Shown here: piece after piece, positions 1-12,189 of the stretch
Layout: the number at the start of each line of letters is the position of its first letter
Position numbering within the stretch: position 1 is the first letter of the stretch
Assembly (NCBI RefSeq): GCF_009834535.1
Contig: NC_045732.1
Span: forward strand, 14,508,138 to 14,572,000
Direction: 5' to 3'
Length of the DNA: 63,863 nucleotides
From: Camelus ferus
Lineage: Eukaryota
Notes under the pieces: generated by a model
Database searches by the model: none
The model's input: the letters and a program-made list of their open reading frames with translations, nothing else
What the model was told of the DNA's origin: nothing
Translations under genes and position numbers: made by a program

Positions 1-387
1 CAAGACCACATTTCTAGCGGCTGAATTTTTCCAGGGCAGATTCTGCGTTCCCATTTTCCTTTTGGAGAGCTCCCCTCTCGCAGACTTGTATAAACAAGCT
101 TCACTCGAGAATGAAGGATGCTATGACATTCAGCTTTATTCAACCCTCTGTGATGCCCCTACTAAAAATCATAACAGGAATTGTTACAAAACACACACAT
201 CACATTGGCATTCCCAGGCTTCTGAGAAATACACAGTAAGGCCAAAAATTGATTTTAAAAGAGTCATTTGAGAAAGTTTAAGAAAACAGTGGTATTTCAT
301 TAAAGGAGTAGTTTCTTTACTTCATTTACCAGTTCTGGATCCACAGTCAAAATATCTAAACTACCTATAACTTAAAACAGGTAAAAG

Positions 388-475
388 GAGGGAGGGTATA
401 GCTCAGTGGTAGAGCTTAGCATGCACGAGGTCCTGGGTTCAATCCCCAGTACCTGTATTTAAAAAAAAAAAAAAA
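388..475 (+). mobile_element. Camelid tRNA-Ala-derived SINE (Vic-1 type)
   Basis: Head GGGAGGGTATAGCTCAGTGGTAGAG (A box) and GGTTCAATCCC (B box), then an A tail. Flanked by a near-perfect TSD, aaaacaggtaaaa / aaaacagctaaaa. Confidence 0.9.
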
Positions 476-804
476 CAGCTAAAAATTACTAAGGGGCAGC
501 AAAAGGAGACAGCTGAAGCACACTGCATGCTGATTGAACTTTTGGTAAAAAGCATACTGTTGGCTTGAGTATCTTCAATGATGTCTGCTAATCAATGAGA
601 TATTAAGGAATCATCTGTTTAAACAGAAGTGATGAGTAAAAGAGACAAAATACAATTGTTTCAAGGAAACAAAAACCTTCGTCTCCTGGCTTAGTGTGTT
701 TTTCTTTCTCGTTGTTGCTGTTTGTTTTAAAGCTGGAGCTATGACTAGACAACCGAAAACCATGGCTTTGGCTGGGTACATGAATGATTAAGAGATCATC
801 CATT

Positions 805-968
805 CAGCTATACACCTGTGAGGCCAGCGTGCATAGGGCCCTGTGCTTTAAAGGATCCCACGCTCGGTTTAATGCTCTGCAATCGCCATCCTGAAATTCT
901 TAATTTTTAAACAAAGGGCCCCGCATTCTCATTTTGCAGAGGGCTCTGCAGATTGTGTAGCCTGTCCC
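805..968 (+). mobile_element. hAT-Tip100 MITE, MER91A-like
   Basis: ggtttaatgctctgc...tgaaattcttaattttt...aagggccccgcattctcattttgca matches the recalled MER91A consensus. Confidence 0.75.
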
Positions 969-969
969 C

Positions 970-1256
970 ATCCATATGCTTATTCAGTGTGTAGTTGGGA
1001 GCACTGTCAGAATAAGATGCTGGCCTTCCTGGGGAGCACAGGGATGTCCAACATGATGCTCTTGCTGAAGGAGCTTATTTAGAGTCTAAGAAAGGAGGTA
1101 AGACATGTCCAAGGACCTTGAGAACATGCAGCCAAATAGCATAATTCAGTGAGAGAGGCCTGGGTGCTCCTCCGTTCACAGGACAACGGTAAGATCACTT
1201 CCAGCTGGGAAAACCCAAAATGCCTCATGAATGGGGTGTCATTGGAACTGGGACTT
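970..1256 (-). mobile_element. L2 LINE 3' fragment
   Basis: Degenerate reverse-complement L2 3'-end pattern; boundaries approximate. Confidence 0.5.
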
Positions 1257-1728
1257 TCAAACAGATTCTTAGTACTTATTTCTCTGTAGGAAAATATAAA
1301 AATAGAGGAGTTTTCCTTCTTGCCATCGAGTCCACTTTGTGGTTTTATTGTTCTCTGAAGTCACCTTGTTGACTTTGGAGTTTTAATCATAGGATTCCAT
1401 TGACTGTTTTGTTTGTTTTTAACTAATGAAGTATGGCCTTCTAGAGAAAATACCTTTAAATTTTTAAAATAGTTTTAATTTTTAAAAATGGGGGGGCAGG
1501 TGCAATCTGAGTGTCTGTTGGCAAACTGCGCTGGAGATGGCCGATGAAACCAACGAGGAGCGCCACTTTCTGTGGGGGTTGCTCCCAGCGCCCCACGGTT
1601 TTGAGGCGGCGGCTGGGAGCTCAAAATCTGTAGTACCACATAAGTGATTCAGGACACACCTCCCCCCACAGGGTGGGTAAACCCTCTCATCTTACTACAA
1701 AAGAAAGCAATGCTCTTTCTCCTCCCAG

Positions 1729-1908
1729 GGACGACATCACTGTGACACTGAGGATGCCAAACCTCTATCTAGAAATCCAACCGCATCCACTTCAGGGCCT
1801 TCAAGAAGCCCAGCACATAAAATCCGGCACCAAAGCTCTAATTCCTCGTACCCAGAGGTCCAGACTCTCAACTTCCACAAGCGCCTTCCTAGCAAACACT
1901 CTGCTTAA
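1729..1908 (+). CDS. Candidate terminal coding exon of a gene entering from upstream of the window
   Basis: Strong acceptor gctctttctcctcccag|G. Phase-0 frame reads GRHHCDTEDAKPLSRNPTASTSGPSRSPAHKIRHQSSNSSYPEVQTLNFHKRLPSKHSA*, and a second frame is open to 1963. AATAAA at 2176-2181. No homology recognised. Confidence 0.3.
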   Translation, partial: GRHHCDTEDAKPLSRNPTASTSGPSRSPAHKIRHQSSNSSYPEVQTLNFHKRLPSKHSA

Positions 1909-2661
1909 GAGATTTGATTTTGAGGAAAGCGAAGTGAACGCAATAGTATTCTCTGAGGTCTGACGTAAAAATGACGCATGTATTCTATTCCATAGGCATA
2001 AAGCTGCATGTGTGCAATTTTTAAAAAAAATTATTTTTAGGATATATTTTACCATATTAAATATTCAATATTAAAAGTGAATTTAAAACACCTTTGTATA
2101 TTAATGGACACAACCACATGGCATACTTAGGGTTAATACTCTTTGAAAAAGAAGAATGTATTGTACAAAATAGTCAATAAACCTAGCCAAGTACGCAAAT
2201 ATTTTTTTTCTTTCCTGCATGGTTTCATCGTTACTCAGTACGTTCTCTATTTCTAGAATTTAGCCTCCTTGATTCTTAGTGGAACAATGAAGAAGTTTAA
2301 ATAAATCCACTACGTGTTTTCAAGCCTCTGATTGTGGATGAAGGTCTATAAGCAAGGTACTAGATGATAAATTACATATTCTGAGATTTTTCTTTCAGTC
2401 TTGATTTCTCAACTAGACATTGAAACCAGAACCAGATACTCTCTGGATATCAACTAAGCAGCATCTGTCATTTCTTATAAATTTCTTGTCCCATATAATA
2501 CAATTAAAAGAATTCTCATTATTTTTAGAAGCTTATTTAATAATCTAATTCCCCATGAGAGAAAAACAGTCAACATTTAAATCAAATTATTTACTTGTAC
2601 TTTGTGACAAAATCAAGGCAGAAAAGGAGGCATTTTTAACACTGAAGGTTTTATGAGTTAC

Positions 2662-2731
2662 GTTAAGATTGCAGGTCAGGGATTTTGGGTCTTCAGTCTG
2701 CAATATAAAGTTTAGTTGAGTATTTCTTTCT
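2662..2731 (-). other. Candidate exon 3 (70 nt) of the minus-strand transcript
   Basis: Acceptor tattctgttcttttcctcag|A and donor AAC|gtaact. Leaves a 177-nt intron after the 2909-3143 exon. It would be 3' UTR in the 84-aa model. Confidence 0.4.
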
Positions 2732-2946
2732 CTGAGGAAAAGAACAGAATAATAAAGATACATGTGACTAAAACTCAACAGCCAAGCCTACTTGAATGAA
2801 ACCACCGTCTGGCAGAATTTATGAGAGAAAAATAACCTCGTGTAAGCAGCAGTTGGCTTTAGAAAGGGGTGGCATAACAGAACCAAATCCAAGAACAGCA
2901 AGGTTTACCTTTGCCCTCATTTCCCATCTTAAGAACTGTGGCAACA

Positions 2947-3143
2947 TCACATGTTTCCAACTTGAGCGTCCTGATCCTTATAACCAGTATGCGTTGGCAT
3001 TCTGGTAACTCGCTGACCCACATTTTTGGTGGCCAAACTGTGGTTAGTGTGGGCCAAGTAGCCAGGAATTGCTGACTCAACTCTTTCTGAAGGTTGTGGC
3101 TCCACAGGAACCAGTGGGCAATGGTCAGATTCGTCTTCTGTGC
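2947..3143 (-). CDS. Candidate coding exon 2 of an unnamed 84-aa ORF (exon spans 2909-3143)
   Basis: Branch-like ctaat, pyrimidine tract and ctacag|G acceptor; donor AAG|gtaaac at 2909/2908. The phase-1 frame (G)TEDESDHCPLVPVEPQPSERVESAIPGYLAHTNHSLATKNVGQRVTRMPTHTGYKDQDAQVGNM* matches the phase of exon 1. Confidence 0.45.
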
Positions 3144-3454
3144 CTGTAGCACGTGACAGTGGGAGTGAGAAGGGATACAATTAGCAAATGGGACAAGACT
3201 CCTTTCTGGGTGCCAATGGAACGCTCAGAAGTTCTGACACAAAGAACTAGGTCTGCAAACCAATCTCCATTTACGGCATGTCTCTGTTACATGGCAGAAT
3301 GAAGGTTTATGCTGTTTCTAGTTCATCATTCTTTTCAAACTCCCTTGTGAATTACGAAGAACTTGCTCATCAGAGCTATGTGTCAATCTGGCTCAAGTAG
3401 AGAGGATTTTGCAACTTCTTTGAACACGTGAGAGCATCATCATTCTGTCTAAAG

Positions 3455-3642
3455 CAGTGCTTCTCAATGTGTGGTCCCCAAACCAGCAGCGGCAGCTGGG
3501 GGGCAGTTAGATAAAAATGTAGCAGATTCCCAGGCTCCATCTCAGTCCTACAGAATCACAATTCTGATGCTCAGTCCCAACAATCTGCGTTTTACCAAGC
3601 TTTCCATGTGACACTGTTGCACACTTAACTTGAGAACCACTG
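3455..3642 (+). mobile_element. hAT-Charlie MITE MER5A
   Basis: TIRs cagtgcttctcaa ... ttgagaaccactg. 8-bp TSD gtctaaag / atctaaag. Confidence 0.85.
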
Positions 3643-6189
3643 ATCTAAAGAATCACGGCAGAGGTGACTTCTATGAGGGTAAAGTGTCGGCTTCCCAGGG
3701 GAAATGGGCTGCTTGCTAAAGTGTTAGACCAGGGGCACTTCAACTTGTTTTTTATGCATGAAATCAGACCACTCTAGTTTAGTTGAAGAAAATAAGCCAT
3801 CTGCTCCCTCGAATGCTATCATTTGGTTTGATCAAATTTGAGTTGGCAAAGATTTCCCTAAAACCCCCAAGCACAAGATATAATTTGTATTACCAACTAG
3901 TAATTTTTTGGACCATTCTCCAGAAACTGTTGTTGGTTTCTGTGTAAGCAGAATGTTTACTTTCTCCTTGAAATACAGTTTTCCAAATTTATAGGCCCAA
4001 AGAATTTTACAGTTGGGACAGATCTTTAAAATTCATCAACATATATATTTTTTTAACCCAGGAAGAAATTCGGGTCACCAGATAAAGACTAAGAGTTTAC
4101 GCACAGAAATCTTCATGGGTTAAATGAGAGTAGGTGGCCGGCTGCTAAACTATAAATTCCTCTATTGGAATCTGAAATCAAGGATCACATCTTAATTCAT
4201 CTCTTCTCTCCTCTTCCACATCACAGTTCCTGGGACAGTGTTGGCACAGTTCAATAAACGTTTTTTGAAAAATGATATGAAATAAAATGTGTGTTCCTTT
4301 TTTCCTTGCTCCTACAGGAGTGAAAAAAGGCATTTTCTTCCAGTCTGCCAGAAGGGATGAGTGAAGATGAAAAACTACTTCAGTTTCTATTAAATAATAG
4401 GTTACTTCATTTAAGCTACCAACCTCGTTGCCTGTGATCGTGTAAAATGGATTCTATTAACAAGAGGCCCAGGACAACGACTGGGAATTCTCAGGACTGA
4501 GATCTGCTGGAAAGGCGACGTGGAGATGTTTGTGCAGCACATGCTCACTGCTATGTCTGGCCCAAGTCAATTTTACTTAGCACCATAAAAACAGACTTAG
4601 CTTATGATATTTTAAGCATCTTAAACAAAGCAAGATTTATGCTATTGGGTACGACTTTGGACCTTCCACCGTACCAGGTTTTCCACAGGTCTGGAGAGGC
4701 AAGAAACTGTTTCTTTATGCGTCGCAAGTGCAAAGTGGGAAGCCCCCTCCTTCTCCCTTCTAATATCACCAGGAATGAACAGGCAGCGTGTTTCCCATAA
4801 TTCAGCAATAACTGGGCTATTATTCTTTAATGCTTCAGTTTATTAATGTAACCACTGTGTCATTCCTACCATGCCCATGTAATTAAATTACCCGACAGAC
4901 ACTTGATATGAAGCTCTCAATCCTCACAAAAGCCCAGACTTTCTATGCCCCTTTGTGAGTCCCTAATGAATGAGTGGTACAGACACTTCTGTCATCCACG
5001 TTCACTCACTGTCCTCTCTGACTGCTCTCCTGTGTCACAAGGGCTTGCTCCTGCAGACAAACTGGGAACCGTTCAAAAGCGGAGGGTCACGTTTCCAACA
5101 ACAACAAGCACTAGGCATGCTATCACCTTCCTTTCTCTTTGTCTGGCTAAACCAGAGGCTGACCAAATTAAATTCCAAAGCCACCACCCGCGTGGATCAA
5201 CAGTACATTCTTAAACCTTGGCTACTGAATGCTAAACCCTCCTTAGGTCATGAGTATAAATGGAAAAAATAAACTGAAAAAAAAAATTAAAGCCATTACT
5301 GTGTCCATCCAAATATACGCCATCTTGTGACCTTCTGAAAAGGAAAACAGTTTAAACTTAAAAATTAAGTGTTTAACTTTCACATTTTGCAAATGGAGCC
5401 AGAATAATGAACCCACGTGCTATCCTAATCTAGCTTGTGAAAAGGTACTTGTGATTATTAACAAAATAATGGTTTTTCTAAATCACTCAACTGTTCAAGT
5501 TGTTCATTTCAAAGCACGACTTACTCTAAATGTTGTAGAACTTGGACATGAACTCTTTAAAAGACTGTACAGTAGGACTTCTTTTATTTCTAGAAATAGC
5601 ACTTTAGAGACACTAGATGTTTCTCTAGATTTTAAAAAAACATTTTGCACCTAACAAAATGTAACACAATTAGCTTAGTAAATATTTGTTATTAGGATAG
5701 TCAGATTTGAATGCAAATCCTGACACGTGATTTTTGAATATTTAAATTAAATGCTTTATACATGGCGGGAAGAATATGAGGAAATTTAATTGTATAGGAA
5801 TAAAAATTGAGATCTAATCTCAAAAACAATTATTTTGCTTCTATAAGAAGCATCAAAGCGAAGCATATGATGCCCAGATTTAGGAAATTAGAAATGTTCC
5901 AACCAACCAATCTTTGAGATCAGATATTTGTGAAAAAAAAAAACACATCTTACTGGAATCTAAGTAATTTAAACATGGTTAAAATCTGAGTAACAATTAC
6001 TCTATTACTTTGCTCCTTAGTGTTGAAGTTTGTTATCTATATGTGACTAATACAACTTTAATTTATGCGCTGTCTCAAGTACACAGGTACACAAGAAAAA
6101 AATCAAGTTTAAATCTTGAAAATACTCGAGATGAAAAGAATACTTGTAGTTATTAATAACTATTCTTTCTGTTAGTCTCAAAGGAAGGC

Positions 6190-9100
6190 AATAAAGGCAT
6201 AAGAAAACATCAAAAACAGAGAAGACAAATAGAAAACAAATAGCTGGGTAGTAGACCTACCTTTAACAATACTGATAATTACACTAAGTATAAAGGGATC
6301 AAGCACCCCAATTAGAAGGCGGAGAGTGTCAGACTGGACTAATATATATAGATCTATAAAATTATATGCTGTGTAGATGAGATGACTTTAAACAAAAACA
6401 CAAAAAGCTAAATGTAAGAAGACAGAAAAAGATATACCATGCAAATACTCAGCACAAAAAATTGGCAGGGCTATACTAATGTCACTCACGTAAGATAGTC
6501 AATGAATATTGCTATAGGAACATTTCATAATGACAAAAGGGCAAATTGTCAGGATGACGTAACAATATTAAATGTGTATGTATTTAATAAGATAGCTTCA
6601 AATTAAATGAAGAAAAAATGCCAGAACTAAAGAAGGAAAAGACAAATCCATGCTCATAGTTGTAGATTTTTATACTTCCTTTTAAGGAGCAGATAAAAAA
6701 CAATTAGACAAAAAAAAAATCAGGTCTTTAAAAAAAGCCCCAAATATTTGAAAACTAAACACACTGCTAAATAATCCATGAGTAAAAGAAGAAATCACAA
6801 GGAAAATTAATAATTTGAACTGCATGGAGAAGAAAGTTGAATGTATCATAAATTGTGAGATGAAGCTAAAACACTGCTTAGAGGGCAATTTGTAGAGTTA
6901 AATGTTTATAAAAGAAGAAAAGTTTAAAATCAGTGATCTACATTTACACCTTACATAGCTAAAAAACAGCAAATTAAACCCAAAGTAATGGAAAGAAGGG
7001 AAAAAAAAGATAAAAGCAGTAAAACAATAAAATAGCCAATAAACAACAGCTATTTAACAAAGCTGAAAATTGATTTTTTTAACCTACTAATAAAATTCAC
7101 AAACTTTTGGCAATACTGATCAAGCAAAAATAGAAAATATGAATCATCTATATCAGAACCTAACATTCTGCAGGCATCAAAGAAATAAAGTAACATTGTA
7201 AGCAATTTTATGCCAATGATTTTGATAACTTAGTTGGAAGGGACAGCTGTGTAGAAAAACACAAATTACTAAAACTGACACAAGATAAAACAGAAAATCT
7301 TAATAGTCTTACATCTATTCAATAAACTGAATTGAAATGAAAATTCTTTTCCCAAAGAAAACATGAGGCCCAGAGGGTTTTACTAGTCAATGTTATCATA
7401 CATTTAAAGAAAAAATACTGCCAATTTTACAAACTCTTTCATAAAATAGACGAAGAGGAAATGTTTTTTGAACTCATTTCATGAAGCCAGCAGAAATCTG
7501 ATTTAAAAAATTGAGAAAGCAAATATAGTATAAGAAAATAAAATCACTAATCAATATCCCTCATGAAGATAGGCATGGATGTCTTGAACTAAATGTTGGC
7601 AAATCAGGCCCAGCAACATATAAAAAGCATAAGACATCACAACCAGGTATATAAGGTTAAGACTTAAAACCAATCAACCAATATAATTCACAGCATTAAT
7701 AGCAAGATGGAGAAAAACCATATGATCAATTCAATAAAGGCAGGTAAGAAACTTTATAAATAAAATTCAACATCCATTCAATGATGTAAAACTCTATAAA
7801 TCAGGAATTGAAGGCAACTATCTAAACCTAATAAAGAGCATCTATGGAAAAACCTACAGTTGACATACTTTCTTGTGAAATATTTGAACACTTTCTCCCA
7901 AGATTAGGAACAAGGCAAAAATGTCTGCTCTAAGCACTGATATTCAACCATGTACTGGACCTACAGCCAGGGCAATAAAGCAAGAAAAATAAATAAAAGA
8001 CATGAAGATTTAAAAGGAAATAAACCTATCCTTTTTTAAAAACTGCATGACTTTATACAAAAAATTGAGGAAACCACAAAACAACTGCTTAAACTAATAA
8101 TTACATTTAACAAAGTCATAGAATGCAACATTAATATAAAAATCAACCATATCTTATGTAACAGAATAAAATACAGGGAACTGATTTAACTAAAGATATG
8201 CAAGACCTAGATTGCAAACTAAAATACTGCTAAGATATTTTAAAAGATAGGAATAAATGGATAGATATACCACAGTTATTGCTTGAAAGATTCAATACTG
8301 TTAAGATGTCAATTCTCCTCTAATTGATCTGTAGATTCAATGCAATTCCTGTTAAAAGCCTCAAGGCTGTTTCGTAGAAACAGACAAGTTGAGTCCAACA
8401 TTCATATGAAAATACAAAGGAACAAGAATGGCCAATCTTTAAAAAGATAACAAAGTTGGAGAACTCACCCCACTTTATTTAAAAATTATAAAGCTACAGT
8501 AGTCAACAGTTTGTTTTTGGCTTAAGGAGAGACTGAGACCGATGAAACAAAATAGAACCCAGAAATATATTCACATATATGGTCAGCTGATTTTCAACAA
8601 AGGAGCCAATGTAATTAAACGGGGAAAGGCACAGTCTTTTCATCAAATGGTGCTGAAATAACTAGAAAAATAACATCAGAAAAGGTGAACCTTGACCTCT
8701 ACATCATGTTACACAGTCATTAAATCAAGATGTATCAGACCTAAACTTGAAAGCTAAAACTGGAAAGATTCTAGAAAAAAACTGGACTCAAACATCTCAC
8801 AACCATAGAGTAAATATTTTTTTAACAGAGGAAATGAAAGTAATAAACAAAAAGTTGAAAATTGTGTTTCATCTAAATTTAAAAGTTCTGCCCAAAGATA
8901 CTGCTAAGAAAATGAAAAGGCAAGATATATAGACCAGAAAAAATAGTTTATCTATTGCCACACACACACACATCTGACGTAGTAAGTATATCCAGAATAT
9001 ATATAGTACTCCTATAATTCAATAATACAAAGATAATCAACCCAGTAAAAATGGGTAAAAAATGTGAAATTTTTACAGTGGGAAGTGTATGAATCACTGA

Positions 9101-9838
9101 TAAGTACAGAAAAAAAGTTTTTTGTTTTTTTTTTTTTTACCATTGCTGTTTGTCATCAAGGAAATGTAAATTAAAACCATAAAGTACCATTTTATGGTTA
9201 CTGGAATGGTAAAGATTAAAAAGACATCACCAAATGTTGGTGAGGATGTGAAGTAACCAGAATAATCTTCACACACAACTGGTGAGAGTGTAAAACAGTA
9301 CAAGCACTTTGGAAAACTGTTCTGCATTTTCTAGTACATGTAAACATACACTCACGCCGTTCCCGGCAATTCTCTTAGGCCCTTAGTGAAGGGAAATGAA
9401 AACACATGTCATCACAAAGACTTACACACAAATGTTACAGAGAAGCTTTGTTCCTAACATCTCCAAACCGTATAACCCNNNNNNNNNNNNNNNNNNNNNN
9501 NNNNNNNNNNNNNNNNNNNNNNNNNNNNNNNNNNNNNNNNNNNNNNNNNNNNNNNNNNNNNNNNNNNNNNNNNNNNNNNNNNNNNNNNNNNNNNNNNNNN
9601 NNNNNNNNNNAAAAGAAGCCAAACACAAAGAGCACACAAGGCCTGATTCCATCAAACGGCGGGCAAAGTCAGAACAGCCATGGCCTATGGGAAGGGGCCC
9701 GAGGAAATTTTCCTGGGCTGAGAACAATGTTCTAGTGGTTGGAGTTGTGCTTATGTGGCCATATACACTTATTAACAACCCATTAAATCAGGCCCTTCGA
9801 TCTGTGCATTTCACCTTATGTCAACTGAATCTCAATTA
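6190..9838 (+). mobile_element. Old degenerate L1 (L1MB-like): ORF2 remnant plus 3' UTR
   Basis: A-rich strand. Endonuclease-start remnant near 6280-6340. RT-region remnant caagattaggaacaaggcaaaaatgtctgctc near 7900 (cf. RSGTRQGCPLS). L1M 3' end tgtgcatttcac...ctcaattaa at 9800-9838. All frames are broken. Confidence 0.9.
9479..9610. other. Assembly gap (132 N) inside the L1 3' region
   Basis: N-run seen directly. Confidence 0.95.
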
Positions 9839-10444
9839 ACAAGTCTTGGTGATTCCCAGATTCTTTGCTCGTGTGAACTCAGGGGTCAATTGCTAATCAA
9901 GGTCACTTCTGTTTGGTATCTGGTATCTCTTCCCCTCTTTTCCACCAAAAGTCCATCAGACACAGTAAGGATTTAGAAACAAGCATGACACACCAATTAC
10001 ATCCTAGCTCCCCTCTGTCCTTATTGCTTGTTGTTTACACTGTATGCCCTTCCCCCTCCCCCACATTAAAAGAAAATCTATGATCTATTCTCTAACAAGG
10101 TTAGGGAATTTTTGCTGAATTTTATGTATAGGTGGGTATCAAGCTGAGGTGCTGTTTAAACTTCTTAGTCTTCAAACTTCAAAATATTCTGCCTTTAAAG
10201 GTAAGGAAATTTCTGCAAATAATTTTATATACTGATTTATGATTTTTCAGGTAGATACATTGTCAAGGTGTATTACCTTTTAATACTTCTCTAACCTCTA
10301 CCACAGAGTAAATACTATAAATTAATTAAAATCAGCTGGCAAGGGTTAAGCTATGATATCCTTAATCTAAAATTGTCTTTAGTTACCATTCTCACACTGA
10401 GTTTGAAATCAGAGGGTTTTTTCAAGGTAGAAGGGAGGGGTTGC

Positions 10445-10472
10445 TTTTCAAGCAACAATTTTCAAGCAACAA
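10445..10472. repeat. Perfect 14-bp tandem duplication (ttttcaagcaacaa x2)
   Basis: Seen directly. Confidence 0.9.
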
Positions 10473-11729
10473 TTCACAACGTCCCTATTATTGAGTTTTT
10501 CTTTAGAACGAGCAGAGAAACATTTTGCCTTTAATGTTCATAAGCCATGGTTTTTTTAATTGTTTTTGTTCAAGACCCCAACTCCCTCCCCTCTCCAAAG
10601 AAAGCCAAAGATACAGCTGTTCACACATGCTGGGGTTTGAGGATGGAGGTGGAGTGTTGTTCTCAAGGTCACCAGGCTGTTTTCAGCCCCTGAATATACG
10701 GTAAAAAGCAGAAGACACGCTGACAATGGGAACTTAGTCTGTTCATGACCAGAACATCAGGCTTCTGAAATCCTAGTTATCTTGCTTTTGCCAGGGCTGC
10801 CTCCCTTTCCCTGCTATCAAAGAATTCTTGAAGCTAAGGCTCATTTCCTGTTATTTGTGAGAGCCACTTAAGCTATTCCTTTTTTTTTTTTTAAATGAAA
10901 GTGCTTAAACCCGATTTAAACTTAAACCAAGAAGTAGCAAAATCTCTTTAAATAAAATCAGAAACCCCCAAATTCCTTATTTTTCATCCCTAACCATGGT
11001 TCATGATAGCATCCTAACAGTCTCTTTGCGTAATCAGGCATTCATATACAATCACAGGCTTCAGATAATTTGTGGGTATGTATACAGTACAGATTCACCT
11101 TCAGATACAGTTTATATGTATATATGAAATATATTTTTGAAGTACATGTGTAGTTATTAAATTTACATTGTATCTTTATGTGTGTATAAATATACAGTCA
11201 CGCAAATATGTAAGCACATCCTTATTTCAAAACACTCTCTGCCCTTCTCCTCCAGATTTGGGAAATAAAGAGTCTAAGAATATTGTTTTTCATTTTCAAA
11301 GAAGTTGGGAAAAGCTTATGAAAACCTTATTTTGATCCCTTCAAAAATATGCTTAGGAACAAACATAAGCTCCAAGGATAAGAGTGATTCGACAGATTTT
11401 CTCAGAATTCTCGAAAAACTGGTTTCTACAAAACCAAGCCAACACATCAAACACACACACCTGGGCCCTTGTAAAGGAGGCCCTCCCTATCAACGCTCAT
11501 GGGATGCTAGAAACTCCTCTGTACCTGGTTTCAGTAAGTCTGCTCCCTGGGTGGATCCCGCAGCCCCAAATTAAGTCGGTTTGGCTTGTAGATTTGGGCC
11601 AACACCTCGCAGAACATGTCGCTGTTCCCAATGGCAGAGCCTAGAAGGACAAATGGCACAGAAGATGCCCGCTACAGTCTCAGAGATGCCACCTCTGAAG
11701 GGTGACCTTGATAGGAATGCGTAAGGCAG

Positions 11730-12160
11730 ACGGGAAAGGGAGGGAGAAAGGGAGAAAATGGGAGAGGGTGGGAGGAAGGGACGGAGCAGGGCAGGCCCAG
11801 CAAGAAGAGAGAAGAGGCCAGGAGTGATGGAGAGCAGGGGAGAGGCAGCGTGGAGGGAGGAAAGTGAGCGCAGGCGAAGACGACGGAGGGACGGGCCGAC
11901 AGGGCGGCGGGGACTGACGTGAGAGCAGAGGTAGAAAGAGGCCGAGAGAGACAGAAGAGAGCCCAAAAGAGAAAAGAGGGAGAGATGGAGGGGCAAGGAC
12001 ACTCTTAAAGGAGGAGACGGAGAGATACAGGGGAGAAGAGGTGCACACTGGCAGAGACAGAAGGAGGGACAGAAAAGGGGTGAGAGGGAGACTGTACGAG
12101 AGGGGATGTTGGGCTGTACTTGCCCAGCCTCGAGACCCAAGAAAGAGCCCAGAGACGGCG
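11730..12160 (+). repeat. GA-rich polypurine low-complexity tract
   Basis: About 430 bp dominated by GGAG, GAGA and GACAG units. Confidence 0.85.
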
Positions 12161-12189
12161 ACAGAGACACCAAGAGTTTATCGGACAGA

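Noticed and set aside
11571-12173. 200-aa minus-strand ORF (and the overlapping 122-aa ORF)
   Set aside because: Artefact of the CT-rich low-complexity strand, which lacks stop codons; it also reads through the exon 1 donor.
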